This document shows, one piece after another, positions 18,734 to 27,413 of a stretch of DNA of 30,569 nucleotides (position 1 is its first letter; each line of letters starts with the position of its first letter). Where the stretch lies: the NCBI GenBank assembly GCA_045593465.1, contig JAZNWT010000066.1, forward strand, positions 1-30,569, read 5' to 3'. The position numbers were made by a program, and so were the translations under genes. The notes beneath the pieces are model-generated. The model ran no database searches and was not told where the DNA came from. It saw only the letters and a list, made by a program, of their open reading frames with translations. The stretch is from Clostridia bacterium (GTDB lineage Bacteria; Bacillota; Clostridia; Christensenellales; CAG-138).

Positions 18734-19237
18734 TCAGCACTTTTCAGGCTCCTTTGAGCCGTCCTCATCAACCAATGTGATTTTCTTTATTCTTACGGTC
18801 GTTATCGGTGCATCGCGAAAATCCGTAGGTATTGATGCGATTTCATCAACTATTTCAATACCCTCAACAACCTTGCCGAACGCCGCATACTGACCGTCCA
18901 AAAACGGTGAATCCTTGTGCATGATAAAAAACTGTGAGCCGGCGGAGTTGGGAGCGGATGTGCGAGCCATTGATATAACGCCTCTTTTATGCTCTATGGG
19001 ATTATTGAAACCGTTGCCGATAAATTCACCCTTTATGGAGTAACCGGGGCCGCCCATGCCCGTACCATCGGGACAGCCGCCCTGTATCATGAAGCCGTGT
19101 ATTATGCGGTGGAATGTCAAACCGTCATAAAAGCCCTTTGATGCAAGATTCAAAAAGTTTGTTACCGTGTTGGGAGCAGCTTCTTTATCAAGCTCAAGCG
19201 TTATTTTTCCGCCGCCTTCCATTTCTATAACTACCAT
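18734..19237 (-). CDS. Cyclophilin-type peptidyl-prolyl cis-trans isomerase, cytoplasmic
   Basis: FYDGLTFHRIIHGFMIQGG, HKRGVISMAR, AGSQFFI, LDGQYAAFG; RBS AAGGAG at 19244-19249. Confidence 0.97.
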   Translation of the reverse strand: MVVIEMEGGGKITLELDKEAAPNTVTNFLNLASKGFYDGLTFHRIIHGFMIQGGCPDGTGMGGPGYSIKGEFIGNGFNNPIEHKRGVISMARTSAPNSAGSQFFIMHKDSPFLDGQYAAFGKVVEGIEIVDEIASIPTDFRDAPITTVRIKKITLVDEDGSKEPEKC

Positions 19238-19280
19238 GTTTTTCTCCTTTTGTTATGTATTTAGTTTTTTTATTTATAAT

Positions 19281-20813
19281 TTATATTTGCCCCATTACCG
19301 CACCGTATGCATTGAATGCTATTGCTATCACAGCTATTGCATACTCATACCATTTTACCTTCCACTCCTTATCAAGGAGCATATAGGCAAATGCGAGCGG
19401 CAAAAAGTCCACAGTATATCTTGCACCCCATTGCCAACCGCCGAGAGTTTTATGATAGCAGGTGAATATAAGCATTATATACATCGCAAATATAAGTGCA
19501 ATACGCATTGTTGAAGCATCTTTTGCAATAAACAGACCATGCACAAGCTTTATAATAAACAATACTGCCGCAAGTGCCGTGCAAATGATCGCAAGTGTTC
19601 TGAGCGTCGATGCTTCTTCTCTTCCCGCAATAAAAAATATGAACGACAAAAGCATGAGTCCCATTGTGATAATACTTAAGCTGTCGAAACGTTTTTTGAT
19701 AACATCCGACACAACCTTGATAATAACCACCAGGAAGAACGGATTTGCAAAGTAGAATATGAAACCGTTAAACATGGGGAAGCCTTCCTGCTTAAATGTT
19801 TTCGGGAAATAAACAAGCAGTCTGTAAAGGTTGCTTCCTATATACGATGTATTGAACTGTCCGTCGGGAGATTCGTAGAGAAATTCAGGCAAATAGTCAT
19901 GACCGAATTGGAACGGACTGTCGAAGCGTATATAGTTATATCCCATATACAAAAGCCCTACGCAAAGCGGTATTATCAAAAACCTGCACTGCGTGAGTAT
20001 GTATTTAAACACGCCTTGTGAGTTTTTGTTATTTTTTCCGAATGCACCGTTCTCTATGTCCTGTTCGGTGAAATATACAAAGAGCGGTACTGCGGCAACT
20101 ATTGAGAACGGGCGGCAACCAACCGCCAAAGCGACCATTGCATACGCAAGCATTCTGTTGTTGCACTGCATGGCATATATCATGCACATCAGGAAAAGAA
20201 CCGCAAGCATCTGTGCCTGGAACCATACGCCGCCAAAGCTGCTTATAAAAAGCATATTACTGCCAAACACAAACGCCATAGCAACAAATGCCGCAATCCA
20301 AGAGTTCATGTTTATTTTGCGAAGCGACGCATAGGCAAAGCAAGCAGTAATTATCGCATATATTGCAACCAAAAGATTGTTGGGCGTATCCGTACCGAAA
20401 AGCAAAACGAACGGAAGCATAACAAGCGACGGAAGCGGCGGGAACGAAACAAAGTATTTGCCGTTATATTGAGCTATTTCAAGCCACGAGAAATTCTCAA
20501 CGTCAACCTTACCGTTAAGCCATGCTTGTGCCTGGTATGTATAGCTGTCCCACATATTATGCGAGAAAAGCTGACGGTCCGCATTGCCGAACATATTAAA
20601 CATTACTTCATGAAGGATAACATATGCAACAAACATAAAAGCTATCATCACATAAAAAGGTATCTCACAAAAGATGCTGTTCTTTTTTAATGTGAGCGGC
20701 TGTACATTGTTTTGCGATTTTCCTGATTTGTTTTTGCTGTGTGCCATAAACTCAATATTTTCCTTTCCGAAAATAGACACTTTTATCATAACTGCAAACC
20801 ATAATTTCTTCAA
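19281..20813 (-). CDS. Polytopic membrane protein, probable GT-C-fold glycosyltransferase
   Basis: About 11-13 hydrophobic segments; acidic first external loop (MWDSYTYQAQAWL...YFVSFPPLPSLVMLP); C-terminal WQWGARYTVDFLP. Start may be ATG 20747 (MAHSKNK). Confidence 0.6.
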   Translation of the reverse strand: MKKLWFAVMIKVSIFGKENIEFMAHSKNKSGKSQNNVQPLTLKKNSIFCEIPFYVMIAFMFVAYVILHEVMFNMFGNADRQLFSHNMWDSYTYQAQAWLNGKVDVENFSWLEIAQYNGKYFVSFPPLPSLVMLPFVLLFGTDTPNNLLVAIYAIITACFAYASLRKINMNSWIAAFVAMAFVFGSNMLFISSFGGVWFQAQMLAVLFLMCMIYAMQCNNRMLAYAMVALAVGCRPFSIVAAVPLFVYFTEQDIENGAFGKNNKNSQGVFKYILTQCRFLIIPLCVGLLYMGYNYIRFDSPFQFGHDYLPEFLYESPDGQFNTSYIGSNLYRLLVYFPKTFKQEGFPMFNGFIFYFANPFFLVVIIKVVSDVIKKRFDSLSIITMGLMLLSFIFFIAGREEASTLRTLAIICTALAAVLFIIKLVHGLFIAKDASTMRIALIFAMYIMLIFTCYHKTLGGWQWGARYTVDFLPLAFAYMLLDKEWKVKWYEYAIAVIAIAFNAYGAVMGQI

Positions 20814-20838
20814 GCTTTATTTAAGTAAACACAAAACG

Positions 20839-20862
20839 AAAAAACTCCCTCAAGGGAGTTTT
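20839..20862 (-). terminator. Rho-independent terminator
   Basis: AAAACTCCC-TCAA-GGGAGTTTT hairpin with an A-run that reads as the U-tract on the minus strand, downstream of ORF 20923-21636. Confidence 0.75.
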
Positions 20863-20922
20863 AACAGGAATTTTTCATTATTCACCATTCATTATTCATT
20901 TTAAAGTCATTCATGACCTTAA

Positions 20923-21636
20923 TCACCAGCCTATCAGGCGTCTTATTCCGTTAATGAACGGTCCGAAGCCGATATTTATATGACTTGTGGAAGGTGTTAT
21001 CGCAAGAATTATGCCAAGCAAGCTCCAAACCAGGAACAATATCAGTATGCATATTATTACAAGCATAACAATATTCCACTTACTCATTTTCTTTCGCTTT
21101 GCTTCCATCTCAACCCCTTCGATAACATCATCGGGATAGTCCTGAAGTAAAAGTCTGCTCACTTCCTCCTGCGGATCAGCCGCCTGCCCATTTGCTGCAT
21201 TATTAAGCACGGTTGTTTCGGCACTGCTCTGCGATGCTTCATGTACCGTTGCAACGTGTTCTGAAACGGTTTCCATCTTTCTTCCGTTGATCCATGTATT
21301 GCTGTCGGATATTGCAGTATCATTCTGTTCTTCGGAGCTTATCATGCCGGACAAAGAACGCCATACTGTATTAAGACAAAGATCTTCTATTTTTTGTTCC
21401 TGCTGTGCACGGTTCAAAACGGAAACCACTGCCTCATTATCCTCGGCACTGCCGTTTTTGGCAATGGCATTTATATTGTAGAATGTGTCCAAAACTGCCT
21501 TTGCCGCAGCCTTTTGATTTCCATTGTTTTTGATAAGTGCTTCACGGTATATCTGATGACTGTAATCCTTAAACAAAGTCTCCAATGCCGCTTCGTCTCC
21601 GCCACGCAGTTTTGTAAGTTCTTCTTTTACAAGCAT
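20923..21636 (-). CDS. Membrane-anchored protein with a degenerate ECF sigma factor region-2-like N-terminus
   Basis: RBS AAGGAG at 21644-21649. N-terminus LRGGDEAALETLFKDYSHQIYREAL...AAAKAVLDTF resembles ECF regions 1.2-2; acidic low-complexity middle; basic stretch (KRKK) then a TM helix near the C-terminus. Confidence 0.6.
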   Translation of the reverse strand: MLVKEELTKLRGGDEAALETLFKDYSHQIYREALIKNNGNQKAAAKAVLDTFYNINAIAKNGSAEDNEAVVSVLNRAQQEQKIEDLCLNTVWRSLSGMISSEEQNDTAISDSNTWINGRKMETVSEHVATVHEASQSSAETTVLNNAANGQAADPQEEVSRLLLQDYPDDVIEGVEMEAKRKKMSKWNIVMLVIICILILFLVWSLLGIILAITPSTSHINIGFGPFINGIRRLIGW

Positions 21637-21674
21637 CGCTTTGCTCCTTCCGTATTTTTATTATGAAAAAATAA

Positions 21675-22283
21675 TCAGTTTATATATTCAGGTACCAAGC
21701 CTTCGCCGCCCTCAACCGTGATTGTTTCTATTACAACATCTACGATTGGTTTTTCGCCATTAGTCTGAACAGACGCTATTGCGTCAACAATTTCCATTCC
21801 GCTTGTAACCTTACCGAAAGCCGCATAGTCACCGTCAAGATGGGAAGCTTCGCCCTGTACAATAAAGAACTGCGAAGATGCAGAATCGGGATCCGGCGTT
21901 CTTGCCATTGAAATCACGCCGCGTTCGTGCTTAAGATTGTTTTCAAAGCCGTTTGAAGTAAATTCGCCCTTTATCTCTTTGCCGCTTCCCTCATAGCCCA
22001 AACCGTCGCTCGAACCGCCCTGAATCATGAAGCCATAGTCAACTCTGTGGAATATTCTGCCGTCATAAAAGCCTTCTCTTGCAAGAGTTACAAAGTTTGC
22101 AACGGTGTTCGGAGCAACGTCGGGATAGAGCTCCAATTTAATGTCACCATAATCCTTAACCTTTATTGTTGCCGATATGGGCGTTGTATCCGTGTTATCC
22201 GTAAACTGCTTATTATCAACATCACAGCCGCAGAAAGCCAGCATCATTACCATGCACAAAATTATCGATACTATACGTTTCAC
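21675..22283 (-). CDS. Lipoprotein cyclophilin-type peptidyl-prolyl isomerase
   Basis: Likely start GTG 22283 (AGGAGG 9 nt upstream); lipobox-like MKRIVSIILCMVMMLAFCGC; FYDGRIFHRV..GFMIQGG, HERGVISMAR, SSQFFI, LDGDYAAFG. Confidence 0.92.
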   Translation of the reverse strand: MKRIVSIILCMVMMLAFCGCDVDNKQFTDNTDTTPISATIKVKDYGDIKLELYPDVAPNTVANFVTLAREGFYDGRIFHRVDYGFMIQGGSSDGLGYEGSGKEIKGEFTSNGFENNLKHERGVISMARTPDPDSASSQFFIVQGEASHLDGDYAAFGKVTSGMEIVDAIASVQTNGEKPIVDVVIETITVEGGEGLVPEYIN

Positions 22284-22376
22284 GAAAACCATCCTCCTGA
22301 AAAAATCAAACTGTTTCCTCAATCGTAGCATATAAAAAGGCAATTCGTCAATCCGTAACCGTAACAGATAGTTAAC

Positions 22377-22405
22377 TTGTGTTAGTTATATTGCGGTTGT
22401 ATAAT
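22377..22405 (+). promoter_or_regulatory. Putative SigA promoter for the beta-propeller gene
   Basis: TTGTGT (22377-22382) - 17 nt - TATAAT (22400-22405); RBS GGAGG at 22417-22421. Confidence 0.55.
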
Positions 22406-22427
22406 ACTTGTATCACGGAGGTATTTT

Positions 22428-24185
22428 ATGGCACAAACAAGAAAACGCAGAAGACGCAGAGTTACACCTAAGTTCTTTTTATTTATACTTATTGTACTTG
22501 TGATAATTCTTCTCGGAATATTTCTTATAGTATCCTGTTCTCAAAACAGAGAAACACCAAACGGTGATCCGCTCAATGTAGATCCGAGTGCAAGCGGTGA
22601 TACTTTGCAAACCGTCGAGCCCACGGCTACGCCCGTTCCCTTGCCGGATCCCACATCAACCACTTCCACGCACCCCGACACGTTCGGTCTGCAAACAGAG
22701 ATGGGACGCAATTCCGGGCGTGTTTCCACCCATCTTTGGAACGCGGACCTCACATTCCCGAACGCCGAAAACTACACTTCAATGGAGGGTGTTATAACAT
22801 TCCGCGGCAATAACTACCGCAATGATTCCACATACGGCACGGCAGGCACGGTAACTCAAAAGAAGCTTGAGCTTGTGTGGACAACGGAAATTCGCGGCAG
22901 TATAAGCAAAAGCGGTGACGGCACATGGTTCGGCTGCGGTTGGACAGGTCAGCCTCTCATTGTTCGTTGGGACGAGCAGACCAAGAACAATATGAACATA
23001 TATTCCGAAAAGAAGCAGAAGAGCGACCTTGTAGAAATAATATACGCAACGGAAAACAGCAACATTTACTTCCTCGACCTCGAAGACGGTTCATTCACCC
23101 GTGATAAAATAAAGGGCGGTTGGACATTCAAGGGTGCAGGAAGCTTGGATCCGAGAGGCTACCCCCTCCTCTATGTCGGTGCAGGTGATGCAGGCCCCAA
23201 CGGAGCTTCAAGAAACATGATATTCTCGCTTATCGACGGCGAAATGCTTTACAGCTACGGTGCAGATGACCCGTTTGCACAAAGAAGCTTCTCGGCATTC
23301 GATCCTGCTTCGCTCATACACGCAGAAAGTGACACTCTCACATATGCGGCAGAAAACGGCATTGTATATCAGATGGATCTCAGCACAAATTACGATGCTC
23401 AAAACGGTACGATAAGCATAAATCCGTCAGACATTGTAAAGATGCGTTATTCAACATCACGCACAAGAGATGGCGGTTCTTCATCTTATTGGCTCGGTTT
23501 TGAATCAAGCCCCGTTATATGGCGTCATTATATGTACGTTTCCGACAATGCAGGCAATTTGTTCTGCATAGACATAAACACACTCGAAGTTATCTGGATG
23601 CAGGATGTAATGGACGATACCAACTGTTCACCCGTGTTTGAAATAAACGAAGAAACAGGCGAAGCTTCCATATATATCGGCACATCGCTCCACTGGACGG
23701 TTGACAACAATAATTACGGCTACATTCCTTTCTGGCGTATAGATGCACTCACAGGCGAGATAGTTTGGAAGGACGAAGGCTACCGTTGCACACGTTCAAG
23801 TGTTTCGGGCGGTATACAGGATACGGCGGCTCTCGGCAAGAACAATCTTTCAGACCTTGTTTATGTAGCATACGCAATGACGGTTGACACCGAAACTCGC
23901 GGTGTACTCGTGGCATATTATAAGGAGAACGGCGAAAAAGCTTGGGTAAAAGAGCTCGGTGCGTATAGCTGGTCCTCCCCCCTCATCATATATGATGACA
24001 ACGGCGACGGTTACATAGTTGAATGTACCTCGGCAGGCAGAATGTATCTCTTTGACGGAAGAACGGGCGAAAAGCTTGATATGCTTGAGCTTGAAGGTAA
24101 CTTTGAAGCAAGCCCCGCCGCTTTCGGAGATACGATAGTAATAGGAACCCGTGCAGAAAAAATATACGGCGTGAAAATTAAATAA
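22428..24185 (+). CDS. Membrane-anchored PQQ-binding-like beta-propeller repeat protein
   Basis: Basic N-terminus plus TM anchor, Pro/Thr linker, TFRGNNYRN, WTGQPL, and repeated Trp-docking motifs (DINTLEVIW, DALTGEIVW, ENGEKAW, DGRTGEKL). Confidence 0.8.
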   Translation: MAQTRKRRRRRVTPKFFLFILIVLVIILLGIFLIVSCSQNRETPNGDPLNVDPSASGDTLQTVEPTATPVPLPDPTSTTSTHPDTFGLQTEMGRNSGRVSTHLWNADLTFPNAENYTSMEGVITFRGNNYRNDSTYGTAGTVTQKKLELVWTTEIRGSISKSGDGTWFGCGWTGQPLIVRWDEQTKNNMNIYSEKKQKSDLVEIIYATENSNIYFLDLEDGSFTRDKIKGGWTFKGAGSLDPRGYPLLYVGAGDAGPNGASRNMIFSLIDGEMLYSYGADDPFAQRSFSAFDPASLIHAESDTLTYAAENGIVYQMDLSTNYDAQNGTISINPSDIVKMRYSTSRTRDGGSSSYWLGFESSPVIWRHYMYVSDNAGNLFCIDINTLEVIWMQDVMDDTNCSPVFEINEETGEASIYIGTSLHWTVDNNNYGYIPFWRIDALTGEIVWKDEGYRCTRSSVSGGIQDTAALGKNNLSDLVYVAYAMTVDTETRGVLVAYYKENGEKAWVKELGAYSWSSPLIIYDDNGDGYIVECTSAGRMYLFDGRTGEKLDMLELEGNFEASPAAFGDTIVIGTRAEKIYGVKIK

Positions 24186-24236
24186 TTTCAACGTCAAAAA
24201 TATCGCAGCCCCATTTAAGGCTGCGATATTTTTTGT
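24174..24236 (+). repeat. 63-bp direct repeat, copy 1 (3' end of the propeller gene plus terminator)
   Basis: Matches 25775-25837 at 60 of 63 positions. Confidence 0.92.
24196..24234. terminator. Bidirectional Rho-independent terminator
   Basis: AAAAATATCGCAGCC-N8-GGCTGCGATATTTTT perfect 15-bp inverted repeat between convergent genes. Confidence 0.9.
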
Positions 24237-24249
24237 GTGCTTTTCAAGT

Positions 24250-25074
24250 TCACATAATCAAAGCTTTCAACTTGTCCAAAATATTTTCATAAGTTATGTC
24301 TTGTGCATAGGCAAACTGTCTGCGATATTTTTCCCACATCGCTCGAAGCTCATGACTTTCCGATATATTTTTTAAAATTCCGTCCGTATCCGCAATTTGT
24401 TCCACAGTGCCACGATGCTTGGCAGTAGCAAGCAAAGCTTGCTTGAAAACATCATTATCAAACTTCTGCGTAACTGTAAGGATATAAATATCGTAAAAAT
24501 CTCTGGGACGGGTATTGAACACCGTTCTGCGAAGAACAGTTTCCACCTTTTCGGCTAAAATCGTTTCAATGTTATATGCCCATAATCTAAATGATTTCTC
24601 CTCATCAAAAATTTCATGAAATATAAGCTCTATTGCATCCGGAGTTATGGCATCACCCGTTGAAACATCAATGGAAATAGGAGTCAGCAAAGTATCATAC
24701 TTTGCATTTATCATAACACGATAACCCCCATAAACATCGGTATCTCTTATTGGCATAACATTCTTGACCTCGAATATAACATCGTCCTCACAAGTAATAT
24801 TGCAAATTTCAATCACTGCTTTTTTGATGTTTTCGGCAGTAAGCGGAAGATTTTTAACAGTAGTATCAAGATCCATTGTAGCTCTGTTGTCAAGACCTAC
24901 AATTGCCGCGACAAGCATTCCGCCCTTAAGAACAAATTTTTCTTTGTATTCCGATTTGGAAAGACGTACAAGCAAGCGTTCGAACATATAGTTTTGCAAA
25001 ATTACCTGCGAAGGAATATTGTTTTGTTTTGCAATATTTCTGATTTTTGCTTTTAAACTCATAGCATTGCTCAT
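24250..25074 (-). CDS. abiEii: AbiEii/AbiGii-family nucleotidyltransferase toxin (type IV toxin-antitoxin)
   Basis: FVLKGGMLV...RATMDLD nucleotidyltransferase motif, DVSTGD, ETILAEKVET, NTRPRDFYDIY. Confidence 0.93.
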   Translation of the reverse strand: MSNAMSLKAKIRNIAKQNNIPSQVILQNYMFERLLVRLSKSEYKEKFVLKGGMLVAAIVGLDNRATMDLDTTVKNLPLTAENIKKAVIEICNITCEDDVIFEVKNVMPIRDTDVYGGYRVMINAKYDTLLTPISIDVSTGDAITPDAIELIFHEIFDEEKSFRLWAYNIETILAEKVETVLRRTVFNTRPRDFYDIYILTVTQKFDNDVFKQALLATAKHRGTVEQIADTDGILKNISESHELRAMWEKYRRQFAYAQDITYENILDKLKALIM

Positions 25075-25664
25075 AAAAGCACCTCCAAATATTTTCGAAC
25101 AACGCCTGCTGTTTTCATTTCCGCAGCATAAGCATTCAGCTTGTTCAAATCCTTTTTGGAACTCGCCGCATACATTTTGATTGCAGCAAGAAATGTTTCA
25201 CTGCCCACTTTGTTTCGGCTTCTTACAATATCGCAAATCGTTCTTTCCAAATCATACCCTGCAACTTTGTTTCCTGCTGGAGTAATAAGCGTTGTTTTTC
25301 CCAACTCAAACAATTCGGGTTTTATATAGTAGATTTTGCACTCCTCTTGCATCGCCTTTGACGGAATTTTGCCCGAAGGTACGGTTATGCTATGTTCAAA
25401 CGGTGTCCTATCGGATATCCCATGCAGGAACAGAGCCGTTTCGTGTGAAAAAACAAAAAATTCAGACCGCATACCGATTGACAATAATTCATCCTGCATA
25501 TCGTCATTAAATATATACTGACCGCGTGTAATACGTTGAATCCTGTTATCCAAGCATAATTTTGACAGCATCGCTCTTGAAACACCGTATTCTGACGCTG
25601 TTTTATTATTTATAATACCGCCGTTATTTTCGGCTATCAGCTTTAATCTGTCAATATAGTCCAC
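25071..25664 (-). CDS. abiEi: AbiEi-family antitoxin / transcriptional regulator
   Basis: N-terminal wHTH (GGIINNKTASEYGVS...RITRGQY), FSHETALFLHGISD, YDLERTICDIVR; GTG start with GGAG RBS; ATGA overlap with the toxin start. Confidence 0.92.
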   Translation of the reverse strand: MDYIDRLKLIAENNGGIINNKTASEYGVSRAMLSKLCLDNRIQRITRGQYIFNDDMQDELLSIGMRSEFFVFSHETALFLHGISDRTPFEHSITVPSGKIPSKAMQEECKIYYIKPELFELGKTTLITPAGNKVAGYDLERTICDIVRSRNKVGSETFLAAIKMYAASSKKDLNKLNAYAAEMKTAGVVRKYLEVLL

Positions 25665-25694
25665 TTCTGCTCTCCATCATACTTTGATAAAAAC

Positions 25695-25723
25695 ATCATA
25701 TTCAAAATTACGATATTTGTCAA
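25695..25723 (-). promoter_or_regulatory. SigA promoter of the abiE operon
   Basis: TTGACA (25723-25718) - 17 nt - TATGAT (25700-25695). Confidence 0.85.
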
Positions 25724-25774
25724 CAGTATAAAGTTTTCTTTGCTATACTTTAAAATGAATCGGTCGTAAATGCT

Positions 25775-25837
25775 AAAATTAAGTAATTTCAATGTCAAAA
25801 ATATCGCAGCCCCATTTAAGGCTGCGTTATTTTTTGT
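25775..25837 (+). repeat. 63-bp direct repeat, copy 2, including a terminator hairpin
   Basis: AAAATTAAGTAATTTCAATGTCAAAAATATCGCAGCCCCATTTAAGGCTGCGTTATTTTTTGT, 3 mismatches to 24174-24236. Confidence 0.92.
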
Positions 25838-25871
25838 CTTTTTTTGAGAATCGGTTAATGCAAAAGTACCG

Positions 25872-26006
25872 TTACCAATTCTGCTCGTTATTGTTCTGGT
25901 TGTTCTGGTTGTTCTGATTGTTCTGGTTATTCTGGTTATTCTGGTTGTTCTGGTTGTTCTGGTTGTTGCGGTTGTTCTTGTTGTTCCGGTTGTTTTTGTT
26001 GTTCAT
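25872..26006 (-). CDS. 44-aa Asn/Gln-rich small protein, M(NNK/NNR)x4(NNQ)x8NNNEQNW
   Basis: Strong RBS AAGGAGG (26014-26020) 7 nt before ATG 26006; AAC/AAT synonymous alternation; terminator hairpin downstream (25797-25836). Confidence 0.7.
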   Translation of the reverse strand: MNNKNNRNNKNNRNNQNNQNNQNNQNNQNNQNNQNNQNNNEQNW

Positions 26007-26035
26007 TTTTTTGCCTCCTTTTTTGTTGTCAAGGA

Positions 26036-26064
26036 TAGTTTGTCTCCTTTGTGGAAAGCTATAC
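26036..26064 (-). promoter_or_regulatory. Possible forespore sigmaG/sigmaF-type promoter for the Asn-rich ORF
   Basis: GTATA (26064-26060) - 17 nt - CAAACTA (26042-26036), close to the G.ATA / CATA.TA consensus of forespore sigma factors. Confidence 0.4.
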
Positions 26065-26099
26065 ATAGCAAAATTTTTTGAATCAGGGAGCGGTATTTA

Positions 26100-27239
26100 A
26101 TGCTTTTAATAAGGAACGGATTACTAAACACCATGGAAAACGATGAAACAATATATGCGGATATGCTCATAAAAGACGGTAAAATTGCAAAAATAGGCAA
26201 AAACATTCCGGTAAATTCAGATACAAAAATTTTTGATGCAAAAAACAAATATGTTTTCCCGGGATTCATAGACGCTCACAGTCATATAGGTATTTCTCAG
26301 GAAAAAGCAACAATGCAAAATGACGAATGCAACGAAAGCACCAATCCCCTAACGCCCTGCATGAGGGCTATTGATGCAATAAACCCCATGGACAGTGCTT
26401 TTCACAATGCTTTAGCCGCAGGAATAACGGGCGTGATGGCAGGCCCCGGAAGTTCCAATGCAATAGGCGGACAATTTGCATTCATAAAAACTCACGGACG
26501 CTGTATTGATGACATGGTAGTGCTTGCACCATCAGCCATTAAGATAGCGTTTGGAGAAAATCCCATGACGTGCTACGGAGCAAACGGAAATATTCCGTCA
26601 ACAAGAATGGCAATAGCCGCACTTATAAGAGAGGAGTTTTTCCTTGCCGAACAATATTTTCAAGATTACAAAAACGGCTCTGTTCAGAAAGATTTCAACA
26701 TGGAATGCTACCGTGAGCTGTTCGAGTGCAAAATACCGCTCAAAGCCCACGTACACAGAGAGGACGACATTTTTACGGCAATACGAATTGCAAAAGAATT
26801 TAATTTGGACTTAACACTTGACCATTGCACCGAAGGTCATCTTATAGCGGAAGAAATAGCCGCAAGTACTTACCCCGCCATAGTTGGCCCCTCCCTTGCT
26901 TCACGCACAAAAAACGAAGTCAGCCTGTCGGATTTTAACACGCCCGGCATACTTCAAAAAGCAGGCGTTAAAATCGCACTGACCTGCGACCACCCTGTTT
27001 CACGCATACAATATCTGCCCCTTTGTGCGGCACTTGCCGTAAAAGAAGGGCTAAGCAAACAAGCGGCACTTCGTGCGATTACCATTGATGCGGCAGAAAT
27101 ATGCAGAGTATCGGAAAGGCTCGGCAGTTTAAAAGAAAACAAGGATGCCGACATAGTAATATATGACGGCGACCCGTTTGAAATTTCATCATCGGTAATT
27201 GCCACAATAATAAACGGTGAGGTTGTGTGGGAATCTTAG
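26100..27239 (+). CDS. Metal-dependent amidohydrolase (imidazolonepropionase-like superfamily); substrate unknown
   Basis: PGFIDAHSHIG metal-binding motif, LKAHVHREDDI, LDHCTEG, TCDHPV, GSLKENKDADIVI. Confidence 0.9.
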   Translation: MLLIRNGLLNTMENDETIYADMLIKDGKIAKIGKNIPVNSDTKIFDAKNKYVFPGFIDAHSHIGISQEKATMQNDECNESTNPLTPCMRAIDAINPMDSAFHNALAAGITGVMAGPGSSNAIGGQFAFIKTHGRCIDDMVVLAPSAIKIAFGENPMTCYGANGNIPSTRMAIAALIREEFFLAEQYFQDYKNGSVQKDFNMECYRELFECKIPLKAHVHREDDIFTAIRIAKEFNLDLTLDHCTEGHLIAEEIAASTYPAIVGPSLASRTKNEVSLSDFNTPGILQKAGVKIALTCDHPVSRIQYLPLCAALAVKEGLSKQAALRAITIDAAEICRVSERLGSLKENKDADIVIYDGDPFEISSSVIATIINGEVVWES

Positions 27240-27282
27240 TACCACACATCTCACCGTTCACTTTTTTTCTAAACTACATTCC

Positions 27283-27311
27283 TTGCTTTTTAAATATCAT
27301 CATGTTAAACT
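27283..27311 (+). promoter_or_regulatory. SigA promoter upstream of the riboswitch
   Basis: TTGCTT (27283-27288) - 17 nt - TAAACT (27306-27311), with the TG extended -10. Confidence 0.6.
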
Positions 27312-27317
27312 TACTGT

Positions 27318-27403
27318 AATCTGCCACCGGGTAGTGAAATGCATCAGCATTCGTTCACACATCGTTAGGTCTTTGAAGATGTGTGCCGAGTGCTTATTTT
27401 TTT
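27318..27403 (+). ncRNA. Guanidine-IV (GGAM-1)-like riboswitch with intrinsic terminator
   Basis: P1 CTGCC-ACCG-GGTAG (27321-27334, CCACCGGG signature). Terminator stem GCATTCG..CACACATC / GATGTGTG..CGAGTGC, loop containing AGGTCT (27367-27372, complementary to ACC in loop 1), then a U-tract at 27394-27403. Upstream of a PnuC-like gene, a known context for this class. Recognised from memory of the motif, not by a covariance search. Confidence 0.8.
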
Positions 27404-27413
27404 GGAGGATAAA

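Larger units (their letters stand above)
24174..25837. mobile_element. Direct-repeat-bounded abiE islet (1601-bp period, no integrase)
   Basis: The only cargo is the abiEi/abiEii operon with its own promoter, lying between att-like direct repeats. Confidence 0.65.

Noticed and set aside
25725-25749. AGTATA/TATACT inverted repeat as the AbiEi autoregulatory operator
   Set aside because: Only 6 bp in very AT-rich DNA; too weak to call.
26027-26032. TTGACA upstream of the Asn-rich ORF
   Set aside because: Too close to the RBS to act as a -35 for this gene, and no matching -10 follows.
25918-26100. MFWLFWLFWL... hydrophobic ORF on the plus strand
   Set aside because: Antisense of the Asn/Gln repeat; the minus-strand frame has the strong RBS and the synonymous third-position variation.
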